The translations under genes were made by a program, and so were the position numbers. A model generated the notes under the pieces. The model was not told the origin of the DNA. It worked only from the letters and a program-made list of their open reading frames with translations, and ran no database searches. From positions 51,212,001-51,276,000 of the forward strand of contig OZ024749.1 of the NCBI GenBank assembly GCA_964016885.1: DNA of 64,000 bases, given 5' to 3'. Shown one piece after another: positions 1 through 12,106 of the stretch. Within the stretch, counting starts at the first letter, position 1. Every line of letters begins with the position of its first letter. The stretch comes from Eledone cirrhosa. Taxonomy: Eukaryota.

Positions 1-306
1 CCTGACTCGTACCTATTTTATCGACCCTCCAAAGATAAAATCAAAGCTGATCTGGTGGGATTTGAACTCAGGATGTAAAGGGGACAATAATATCACAAAT
101 AACGACAACAATAGATTGCTGGTACTATCTACCTGTCGCAACTTTACTGGCAGAAAGAGCAACGTGAAATAAAGTGCCTTGCTCAAGGACATAACGCATC
201 GCTCGGTTCTGGAATCGAACCGACAACCTCACGATTGCGAATCTAATTATCTAACTACCAAGCCACACTGAGAAATTTAAAAAATGAAATGACTTTATAT
301 ACGTAC

Positions 307-486
307 CAAATACCACTGATCAGTAAAATAGGGGTCAGTGAAATTCGGGATCCGATTTATATCTTTCGTTTGTTTGTGATGTATATCGTATAAAGTGGAG
401 TTACCCATAGATAATTCTTCACTGCTATATATGGCTGACCCTTTTTTATGGCGAAGCAATTGTTCAAGTTGTAAAATGTATTTCAC
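307..486 (-). CDS. Proprotein convertase (kexin/furin family), coding exon 3: end of pro-segment and start of catalytic domain
   Basis: ag|GTG...TTG|gtacgt, 180 nt, phase 0/0. Encodes VKYILQLEQLLRHKKGS...NFTDPYFTDQWYL, matching the F-x-DP-x4-QWYL start of convertase catalytic domains. The gene continues beyond position 1. Confidence 0.85.
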
Positions 487-950
487 CTGGTTAAATATAA
501 AATGAAATTAAGTATAAAATTAAATTATTAAACAGAATCAATATGCCAGACTTTCACTGGCTGAGGCGCTAAGCTATATGAAATTTGAGTCCTTTCTCTC
601 AAGAAATATAATCATTATCGGTAGAGGGTCGGACGCCATGCTTTCTAGCATAGAGTTACGGCCCTTGCCATTCTGAGTTCAAATCACGCCGAGGTTAACT
701 TTGCCTTTCATCCTTACGGGGTCGATAAAATAAAGTACCAGTAATGTACTGAGTAATTGCTGGCCTTGTGCCAAAAGTAGAAACAGTTATTTTTTATCTT
801 AATATTAATGATAAAGAATAAATATTTACGTGTGTGTGTGTGCGTGTGTGTGTGTGTGAGTGTGAAGCCCGGGTTCAATCGAGGGTAACCATAATTAGTA
901 AGGTACTCAATATATTAGTAGAGTGTACACATCAAGTTTAATATAGAAAT

Positions 951-1002
951 GGCTTCTACAGGACTAGAACTGTTTCATTCAAAAGAAATCATCAGGAAAG
1001 CC
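951..1002 (-). ncRNA. Type I hammerhead ribozyme motif
   Basis: GGC(U)UUC-CUGAUGA-U UUC UUUU GAA U-GAAA-CAG UUCUAGUC CUG-UA-GAAGCC. Confidence 0.7.
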
Positions 1003-1105
1003 CTGATGATAGGTAAGTCCATCACTGCTTAAGGCAACTAAGTCGTTAGTGCAGCATTCGAGCTTTTTATTTTCGTACAGTCAACATAACAGATCCTTTT
1101 AAGTA

Positions 1106-1273
1106 CCGTGTTTCCCGGCACTGAAGACGCTTCGGCTTCGAGGATGCACCCTAACTTTGACAACCACAAATTTGAAAAAAGTAATAAACAACGTTCGGCC
1201 TCCAGGACGCATGGTAGACTTTTGAGACTTAATTTAGGAAAAGAAGTAGCGACTTCGACGCCGGGAAATACGG
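1106..1273 (+). mobile_element. pogo/Tc1-like MITE
   Basis: TA|CCGTGTTTCCCGGC...GCCGGGAAATACGG|TA; second copy at 56911-57077. Confidence 0.8.
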
Positions 1274-1966
1274 TATATGGAAAGATTTGGACGAAATACA
1301 GAAACCTAACTATAAACTTATTAGATTAACAGTGTTCATTTCTTTCACAGCGTAGTAGTAAGTAATATAACTACAGAACTATTATTTAACTATTATTAAA
1401 GCACAGGGATTGGCAGTAATCAGTAGAGCGTCGAACAACAGGCTTGCGGTATACAGTTACTTGGGGGTCTACGCCTGGGTCATTTACCGGCTGGTTTTAC
1501 CCGTAAAAATCTGTCCAGGGATTCTTTCCTGAGACATTTTAACCACACATGGTGTTTATTTCTGATATTGAAAATATTGGAAATAATCAAACATTTTTCT
1601 TTATTGCTTAATTATAGGGTAAGAACCGATTTATAATTGAATTATATGAAGTAGGTAGACGCCTCTTTACTTCATATAGCGAATGAAAATTGATAGCAGG
1701 AACTGAAATTTTTTGTTGTTTTCTTTGGGGTTTTTTCAGTTGGGGGTATTACTTTGTTGTAGACTAAACTGGATGTTGTCAGATGATATTATTTACACAT
1801 TCCCACAGCTTGATATATTTCTGCGGGGTGGGGGGATGAATAGATTAATAAACGAAAGATGTAAACATTTTAAAATGGGAACATTTCATATAAACCTTAG
1901 CACGATTGGTTACTCTAATTACCATAACAGGCTTAATAGATATTCAAACTACGTCATTCAATTTAC

Positions 1967-2068
1967 CCTGTCATCCTGTTCAAGTCTTTCAAGGAATCTG
2001 TGGGCTTTTCTTTTCGACAAAACAGGAATTTCTGGGTGTACCAATCTATAAGCATTGAAATGATTGTG
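1967..2068 (-). CDS. Proprotein convertase, coding exon 2 (pro-segment); absent from the ORF track
   Basis: tttcag|CAC...AGG|gtaaat, 102 nt, phase 0/0. Encodes HNHFNAYRLVHPEIPVLSKRKAHRFLERLEQDDR, which fills the pro-domain gap between exons 1 and 3 and includes an internal KRK site. Confidence 0.8.
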
Positions 2069-3137
2069 CTGAAATAGGAATTAAATAGAAATTAATTAGA
2101 AAAATTTGTTAACTAGAAATTAGTTGGAATAGATATTTTGGTAAACTATATGAAATACTAATGATTACTAGCTAATATTAAGTTACGTAAGTTAGTATTA
2201 GTTTTGGGTGGAGAGCCAGCAGGTTGACCCACCCCAAACAAGATGGTTGAATAACATTAATGAAATCGGGGGTCTCACATGGGGATCCAGCCGGATTAGT
2301 TATAGATAGTTGCTTCTGACAGGACACGCTTGAAGGAGGTGCTTCAGGACTCTGCCCCCCCCCCCCCCCCCCACATACAACCACCACCACCACACACAAC
2401 CACCACCACCACACACAACCACCACCACCACACACAACCACCACAACCACACACAACCACCACACACAACACACAACCACCACCACCACACACAACCACC
2501 ACCACCACACACACAACCACCACCACACACAACCACACACAACCACCACTACCACACACACACACAACCACCACCACACACAAACCTCTAAAAAATATGT
2601 GGGCGAAGAAGAAGAAAAATTAATTTTGTTAGTATTAGTTTTGTAAGTTAGTATTACTTTGGTTAGTAGACTTTGGACATTTTAAAATCTGCCGGACCCC
2701 TTCTCTTATCCAGTATTGAGTGATTTCTTCCAGAGAAGAAGGATTCATTGGCTAGAATACTTTTTATCATATGTGGCTGTTCCAGCAGGGCTAACCTAGG
2801 GTTAAACAACAACTTGATAAACGAGGGCTGGTTGAAAAGTTCATAGACTGACTAAGATACTCTCATGGAATGACCAAATTAGGTTTATTTTTCAACATAA
2901 TCTCTCTCTAGAAAGAAAAAATAAGAAGAGTTGAAATTAATGCTTGCAAGATTTCACAGCTCTCTCATCATGCCTTCATAATCAGTCTATTAACTTTTCA
3001 GCCTACCCTCCTATATTAAAGAAATGTGTCATGTCTTGAGATCAGATATATAAAGTTATGTGACTTGAAATAACGCTAAATAGTTAGTATAATAATATAG
3101 AACATAGTTAAGTAAAAATACTTAAGAAAATATTAAC

Positions 3138-3335
3138 CTTCGAACTCAGATGGAAGCCATATTGTTTTGTGAAATCAGTAATATTTTCTCTTGTTGAGAT
3201 CAGTTCTAGAGCAAAGCTGTTGCTGTAGATAAGAGAAGTAGGGTCACCATCCTGAGAAAATGAAAGTTGAATGTTGATGCTTATCGTTAGATATGTTAAC
3301 AAACTCAACAACCAGTTAGCCGCCATTTTTATCAT
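3138..3335 (-). CDS. Proprotein convertase, coding exon 1 (signal peptide and start of pro-segment)
   Basis: MIKMAANWLLSLLTYLTISINIQLSFS hydrophobic leader, then YSNSFALEL...KQYGF (cf. furin-type YTNxWAV...KHGF). Donor AAG|gttaat. An acceptor just upstream (exon start about 3346) implies an unseen 5' UTR exon. Confidence 0.8.
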
Positions 3336-5054
3336 TTAAATTGGATCTGTCGAGAGAATAAAAAATATTATACAACATAAAAACAAAATCAGTAATATAA
3401 AAAAATATACAATATAAATACAGTTAAAGAAAAAAAACTAGATTTTCCTCACCCGCAGAAAAACAATCATATCAAAAAAAAAAAAAACGATACATGTTTT
3501 GTTTTTGTTTGATTTTTGTTGTTGTTTTTGTTGGGGGGGGGGGGGGGGGTGTTTAAGACCACAAACTGTTTAATTTTGATTGAGGTGGGCCTATTAAATG
3601 AATGAGATAGACTGATAGAAGATATTGATAGAAGAGGCTGAAATTTCGGAGTAAGGAGTCGATAAATAGTTGATTAACCCTTTTCGTAGACTCCCCGCCC
3701 CTGAAACCGCCTCATATTTAATGAAACAACTCCACCCATTTTAAAGTGTTTCTATTTGAATTTAAAACAAAAAAAAACTTACAAGATAATCTTATGTAAG
3801 AACTTTTCATCAAGTTATGTTACAAATACCATCATAATAATGATTTTTGATTTAAGCACAAGGCCAACAATTTTTTTTTTTTTTTTGTGAGTGGGGGTAA
3901 AGTTGATTAAATCGACCCCAGTGTGTTACTGGTACTTTATTTTATCGACCCCCGTAACGATGAAAAACAAAGCTAACGTTGATGGGATTTTAACTCAGAA
4001 CGTAAACAGTCATAACTATATGCCGTGAAGAATGGTGTCTGACACTCTACTGATACTCAAGAAAGACTCACTGGAGAGATTTTACGGGCAAAACCAACCA
4101 GTAGGAGGCCTAAGGATAGACCCCGAGCAAGATGGTTGGATAACATCCATGAACTCAGCTGGTCTCGCTTGGGGATCGAGACGGAACAATTGGAGACGGT
4201 TGTTTCAGACAGGAGTCGCTTGAAGGAATGTTTGAGGACTCTTCTCCTCACGACCCTCCCAGAAATAAGTAGGCGAACATGAAGAAGAATTTCTAGTAGG
4301 TCTATCAACCATACAGCTATGTGTTCCAAACTCCCAACAGGCATTAAACCCGAAGAAGAAGAATCTCTAACGAGTCTGCCAATCCACCGTCCTCATAAAG
4401 TTTTGATAATATGTTGGAGATCTCATTCCCTATTGTTAATGTACCTACAAAAACCTGGCACATATTTTTCTGTTAAGCAACAACAAAGCACTTTCAGTGA
4501 AATACGAAATCCCAGTTGAATCTTGCTGCCTATTTTATTCATCAATCGTATGATATTTACACTGAGTTACGAGTACCGATTTCGATTCCCGCCTGAGAAC
4601 ATATCCTTTCACTTACATGGTTAACGCCCTTGACAGAATCCTGAACATCAAACATCTCTTTTCCTCTCGTGAGGATAGTCAAAGAAACAGAAAATACAGA
4701 TAACTTTAACCTCTTTTTATGAATTATATGTGAAATAAGTGAATGACGTTATCTAAACAAACGCAGCAGATAAAATATATGTATAAATATAAATTACATA
4801 TATTGATAGAGGAGATGATATAATGCTGATAGAGTTATTAAAATAATAAATATACTTTCCCTCATATTGAAATTATTCAAAGCTTTATTCTAGAGAGTTT
4901 GTTGGCGTAACGTTACATACGCCATTGTTGTTGTAACTTATATAACATCATCAAAGACATTTTTATTATAATCGTTACAGACGACAGATATTCTATCATT
5001 CTGTGAATCATGAATATGAGTATGTATGTGTAATGCAACGGTTGTTAAAGTGAC

Positions 5055-5940
5055 AAATACCATCACCATTACAACCACTACCATTACTACCACCACCGAC
5101 ACTACTACTACCACCATCACCACCAACATCACCACCGTCATAGCCACCACCACCACCACCATCATGACCACCAACAACAACAACTACCATCACCACTACC
5201 ACCAAAGCCACCACCATAACCACCACCACCACCACTACCACCACCAACAACAACACCAACATCACCACCACCACCACCATTGTGCAGTGATGTGTTCTAC
5301 TGTGATGTGCTGTACTGCATCGTACTGTACTATACTGTGTTGTGTTGTGCTGTACTGTATTGTACTGTGTTGTATTGTGCTGTACTGTATTGTATTGTAC
5401 TGTGTTGTGTTGTGTTGTACTGTACTGTACTGTGTTGTGTTGTACTGTATTGTATTGTACTGTACTGTGTTGTATTGTACTGTACTGTATTGTATTGTAC
5501 TGTACTTTGTTGTGTTGTACTGTACTGTATTCTAATGTACTGTACTGTGTTGTGTTGTACTGTATTGTATTGTACTGTACTGTGTTGTGTTGTGCTGTAC
5601 TGTATTGTATTGTGTTGTGCTGTATTGTATTGTACTGTACTGTATTGTACTGTGTTGTGTTGTACTTTGTTGTGCAGTGCAGTGCTGTACTATGTTGTGC
5701 AGTGCTGTACTATGCTGTGCAGTGCTGTGTTCTACCGTACTGTGTCGTGCTGTGTTGTACAGTGCTATGTTGTACTGTACTGTACTGTGTTGTGCATTGC
5801 TGTACTGTATTGTATTGTACTGTACAGTGCTATGTTGTACTGTACAGTGTTGTGTTGTACTATGTTGTGCAGTGCTGTGTTCTACTGTGCTGTACTGTAT
5901 TGTATTGTACTGTACTATGTTGTGTTGTGCAGTGCAGTAG
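5055..5940. repeat. (ACC/ACT)n followed by a pentameric (TGTAC/TGTGT/TGTAT)n satellite
   Basis: Direct reading. Confidence 0.95.
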
Positions 5941-7644
5941 GTAATTAACTAATAAGCAATCTAACATGATAAAGGCGAATGTCTGAAATTAGTTTGGCTG
6001 AAAGTGTCGCCGGAAGTTGATACTTGATTGTCGTGGGAACCGGATATGAAGCAAACATATTCTATTGCAGTTATAGCTGAAATATTTGGGGATGACAGTA
6101 GTAGTAGTAGTAGTAGTAAGAAGGGGAAGAGGAGAAGAGGAAAAGAAGGACGGGGAGAAGAAGAAAAAGAAAAGGGGAGAGGAGGAGGAGAAGATTAAAA
6201 AGGAAGTAGCAAAGGGAAAAAAACAAAAAAAAAGAGAAAAAACTAAAAACTAAAGAATTTTAATAAGCACTCAGAGTTCTTTACACTTCCTCTTTACTTT
6301 GTCCAATTCCAAAAGGAACAGACACACAGTTTAAATTAAATTCCTAATTAATTTGATAAATTACTCTTAAAACTATGGCGGCATGCAAATGTTTTGCACG
6401 TGTTATATCAATTTATTTCTTCAATCAATATAATATTTTGGTGTGGATTGTGCAGTGGGTTGGCAGTATCGTTAGAGGGTCGAACGCCATGCTTTCCAGC
6501 ATAGAGTTACGTCCCTTTATGATCTGAGTTCAAATCCCGCCGAGGTTAACTTTGCCTTTCATTCTTACGGGGTCGATAAAATACAGTACCAGTAATGAAC
6601 TGAGATAATTGCTGGCCTTGTGCCAATAGTGAAAACAATTATGTTTCGATATGTATATTACTTGATCGTTCGTTTTCCTTTTGTCCAATAACTCCTGATA
6701 GAGTCGTAAGGACGCTGTATTGATATATGGAGTTCCTGGGGCATTTGTTTGTTTTAATCTGACGGAACCCATATCCACTCTTCGGGTCTCTCCGCAATGC
6801 AGAACTGTCAACTCTCCCCGTCCAACAGGAAGATCTCCCACCCACTTTGGGGTGAGTAAGAGATGTCTTCCCTTGTGAAAATAGGTATAGCTTTCATTAT
6901 GTAAAATCTCCCCATTTGCTTCATTTCTCCCCCGTTTGGGTTTCTAGGGGTTGGCAGGTCTGGCAATCCCTTGTGTGGCAAAAAATACTGTCAGTGACGA
7001 CATGCGGGTGACCGTTTCTGTAAACATCTTCACAATTGTATCCATAACAACATCTAGAGAGTCCTCAAACCTGTAGCCCTTCACCCCCATCACTCTACTT
7101 TACCTGGTCACTCACATTGACCAACTATTAGCATGTAGTATTCTCCTACACTGTAGCCATCTCGTTTCTGCAAACGCAAGGAAAAAAAACATTTATTTTT
7201 TAAGCTGGGAATCTTTGTTTCGCAAGAAATAAAAGTACGTTTCAAATTCCTGTGGTTTTCTCCCCCACCCCTATTAAAGTTCCCCCCTCAAGTGTTCTCT
7301 TCCTTTCAGTTCAGGCTATATATATTGTGTATATGTATATATATAGGCATGTATGTATGTATGTATGTATGTATGTATGTATGTATGTATGTATGTATGT
7401 ATGGGTGTATGTATGGATGTATGTATGGGTGTATGTATGTATCTATGGGTGTATGTATGTATGTATGTATGTATGTATGTATGTATGTATGTATGGGTGT
7501 ATGTATGTATGGGTGTATGGGTGTGTATACTCCTACACATATGTATCTATATATTTGTATCCATTTGTATATATTTGTATATATATGTATGTATGTATCA
7601 TCACTACTTTCTCATTTCAGTGACTGTACAATAATTAGTGAAGG

Positions 7645-7800
7645 CACATACATGGCTTGGTGGTTAGAGAGTTAGATATGTAATCGTGAGGTTGCGAGTT
7701 CGATTCCCGGATTTGGCAATGCGTTATGTCTTTGAGCAAGACACTTTATTTCACGTTGCATTTTCTACCAGGAGTTGTGACCGGTTGGTAGTATCAGCAA
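7645..7800 (+). mobile_element. Second tRNA-derived SINE family; copies at about 113-270, 25145-25290, 27596-28330, 38180-38400, 42290-42430, 53990-54117, 63030-63110
   Basis: TGGCTTGGTGG A box, GTTCGATTCC B box, CORE-like GTCYTTGAGCAAGACACTT. Confidence 0.8.
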
Positions 7801-9150
7801 TGAAAAGACAGCAGATTTCTTCCAGAGAAAGATAGAAAGTGAGGGAGAGGAAGTGAGAAAGAGATACAGAGGAAGAATCAACCCAATACTAGACTGGTAC
7901 TTTTTTTTATCGACCTCGAAAGGATGAAAGGCAAAGTTGACCTCGGTAGGAGCCGGAACGAATACTGCAAAGCATTCTGTCCCGACGTTCTAACAAGTCT
8001 GTCAATTAGCCACCATAAAGTGTCTTGTTCAAGGACAAAACCTCACGATTGCGAATCTAATTCTCTAACCATTAGACCACGCGCCTTTGCGACCTAATGA
8101 TGATTGAGGATCAAATAGATCAAATCTTATTGGAGACGAAATATTGGGGTTCTTACATAGGCACAAGGCCAGCAATTTTGGGGGAGGGGAAAGTCGATTA
8201 AATCGACCCCAGTGCGTGACTGGTACTTTATTTTATCGACCCCGTGAGGATGAAAGGCAAAGTTAACCTCGGTGGGATTTGAACTCAAATCATAAAGGGC
8301 GGTAACTCTATGTCACAAAGCATGGCGCCCGACCCTCTACCGATACTACCAATACACTGCCCTTATTGGAGACGAAATATTAAAAGATTTTTTCATCAGT
8401 AAAGACGGGGTTCAAAGTATTACAATTGTTTTAACATTAACTCGTTTCAGAAATTTAAACGTTTATCTTTCTATAAAGTCTGAGTAGCATGTTAGGCTGT
8501 TAAAGTATTAACGTATGTACAAATAGATATATTGAAACAAATAGCAGGTTGACTGATGAAATGACAAGTCAGTCAATCATATTGGTGGCCTCCTCACAGC
8601 CTCCGTGGACAGGATGGAGAAGGCGTTTCTCCGGAGAATGGCAAGGAAGACGCGCGAGTATTGTTCAATTATTCTTTTATATACTGAGGTATGTACATTT
8701 TTAAACAGTGAAATGCTGCTGCAGAATCTGAAAAGATTAAAGTCTTGCCTACTAGACACAAATAACTACTGATAGTAATCAGCATTAGTTGTTGTTGTTG
8801 TCGTTGTTGTTGTCGTTGCAACATACTTTCTTGTAGTAATAAGTTATATAGAAAAGAATAAATATAGAAAAGAGAACAAATAATATATATATGTGTGTGT
8901 GTGTATCATATATATATAAATGTGTATATATACATTATATATACATATTATATATATATTTATATATATACATTTACATATGTATATATAATGTATATAC
9001 ATTTACATATGTATATATAATGTATATACACATATATATATATGTGTGAGTGTGGGTATCATATATATATATAGACTTATATATATATATATATAATTAT
9101 ATATATATATATATATACACATATATATATATATTTATATATATATACAC

Positions 9151-9183
<33 letters not shown>

Positions 9184-9271
9184 AATTATATATATACACT
9201 TATATATATATAAATGTATAAATATATATATATATATATTTATATATATAAATTTATATATATACACTTAT

Positions 9272-9318
<47 letters not shown>

Positions 9319-9446
9319 AAAGTTTTATTTAAAATTGTTGGGTTACAACGAGTAAATATTTTATAACTGATATAAAAGCACTCAGCAGTTTTGGGAGTAG
9401 GTTTACGATATTAAACAAATGGAAACTATATTTATAAAACCATATT

Positions 9447-9510
9447 TATTTCGTTATATATTTCTGGGATATCATATTAAAAATATGGTATGCCTTCCTC
9501 AGACAAAATA
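9447..9510 (-). ncRNA. Minimal type I hammerhead ribozyme motif (left arm of palindrome)
   Basis: UAUUUUGU-CUGAGGA-A[long stem II]A-GAAA-UAUA-UA-ACGAAAUA; 8-bp stem I, palindromic stem III. Confidence 0.7.
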
Positions 9511-9667
9511 CAATATATAAGCTGTTTTATAAATAATTTTGACATACCTTATAATAATGCAACTTCCATTTAAAAATGGAACTAAAAACTACCAAATCAA
9601 CTTTTTAAATGGAAGTTGCATTATTATAAGGTATGTCAAAATTATTTATAAAACAGCTTATATATTG

Positions 9668-9734
9668 TATTTTGTCTGAGGAAGGCATACCATATTTTTT
9701 AATATGATATCCCAGAAATATATATAACGAAATA
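9668..9734 (+). ncRNA. Minimal type I hammerhead ribozyme motif (right arm of palindrome)
   Basis: UAUUUUGU-CUGAGGA-A GGCAUACCAUAUU UUUU AAUAUGAUAUCCC A-GAAA-UAUAUA-UA-ACGAAAUA. Confidence 0.72.
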
Positions 9735-9778
9735 AATATGGTTTTATAAATATAGTTTCCATTTGTTTAATATCGTAT

Positions 9779-9812
<34 letters not shown>

Positions 9813-10093
9813 AATATATTATGTATATATATATATATAAATATATATGTATATATATATAAATATATATATATAAATATATATGTATATATATATATAT
9901 ATAAATATATATGTATATATATATAAATATTTTATATAAATAAATATATAAATATATATATATATATATAAATATTTATATATATATAAATATTTATATA
10001 TATATATTTATTTATATATATATATTTATATATATATTTATATATATATATATTTATATATATATTATATTATATATTTATATATATAATATT

Positions 10094-10126
<33 letters not shown>

Positions 10127-10143
10127 ATATATATATAAATATT

Positions 10144-10198
<55 letters not shown>

Positions 10199-10431
10199 AT
10201 ATTTATATATGTATATATAATATATTTATATATATATATATAATATTTTATATATGTATATATAATATATTTATATATGTATATATAATATATTTATATA
10301 TGTATATATAATATATTTATATATGTATATATAATATATTATATATATATATATTAATATATATATATATATATAATATATATATATATAATATATATAT
10401 ATATTATAATATATATATATATATAATATAT

Positions 10432-10779
<348 letters not shown>

Positions 10780-10797
10780 AATAAATATATATATATA

Positions 10798-11060
10798 TAA
10801 AGAAAGGAATCCCCAGTCACTGAAGAGGTCACAGAGTGTGTGACGAAAGAATTATGACAATATATAAACAACTATCTGGTTGTGGAGCCAACCAACCAAC
10901 CAGAAATTTATAAATTTATTATAAATGTATTATAATAAATTGAAGTGAAAGTGCGTGTGTTTCTTATTGGCAACATGACCCTCCCAAAGTATAACAATAT
11001 CAGTTTCAACACACGATTTCAGATAAAGAATCTTGCTAAACAAATTCAGAAACGAAATAT
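10798..11060 (+). mobile_element. Solo PLE terminal repeat (family B): hammerhead, TATA, ORF start
   Basis: Similar to 26250-26365 and 33348-33430; embedded in (TA)n. Confidence 0.8.
10816..10858 (+). ncRNA. Minimal type I hammerhead ribozyme motif (PLE family B)
   Basis: GUCA-CUGAAGA-G GUCACA GAGUG UGUGAC-GAAA-GAAU-UA-UGAC. Confidence 0.82.
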
Positions 11061-11075
11061 AAATATACACTTATA

Positions 11076-11129
<54 letters not shown>

Positions 11130-11152
11130 TATATATATAAATAAATATATAT

Positions 11153-11183
<31 letters not shown>

Positions 11184-11270
11184 AATATATATATAGATAT
11201 ATATATAAATATAGATATATATATAAATATATATATAGATATATATATATAGATATATATATAAATATAG

Positions 11271-11323
<53 letters not shown>

Positions 11324-11532
11324 AATATATATATATATAAATATATAAATTTATATATATATATATAAATATATAAATTTATATATATATATATATAAAT
11401 ATATATAAATATATAAATTTATATATATATAAATATATAAATTTATATATATATAAATATATAAATATATATATAATTATATATATATATATATATGTAT
11501 ATATAATATATTTATATATATAATATATTTAT

Positions 11533-11565
<33 letters not shown>

Positions 11566-11720
11566 AATTTATATATATATATATATAAATATATATAAAT
11601 ATATAAATTTATATATATATAAATATATAAATTTATATATATATAAATATATAAATATATATATAATTATATATATATATATATGTATATATAATATATT
11701 TATATATATAATATATTTAT

Positions 11721-11791
<71 letters not shown>

Positions 11792-11828
11792 TATATAATA
11801 TATTTATATATATATATAATATATTTAT

Positions 11829-11859
<31 letters not shown>

Positions 11860-11971
11860 AATATATAAATATATATATATATATATTTATATATGTATAT
11901 ATAATATATTTATATATATATATGTATATATAATATATTTATATATATATATAATATGTTTATATATATAT

Positions 11972-12106
<135 letters not shown>

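Larger units (their letters stand above)
9404..9777. repeat. Near-perfect inverted duplication (arms 9404-9576 and 9602-9777, 25-nt spacer)
   Basis: Arms are reverse complements apart from small slippage differences. Confidence 0.95.

Noticed and set aside
5026-5948. Cys-rich ORFs (CTVLY repeats)
   Set aside because: Translation of a pentanucleotide satellite that is open in all three frames; no splice or domain evidence.
6989-7246. Possible solo LTR (TG...CA with AATAAA)
   Set aside because: Single copy, with no TSD, PBS or PPT identified.
7645-7720. tRNA gene
   Set aside because: A and B boxes are present but there is no cloverleaf and it continues into SINE body; it is a SINE head.
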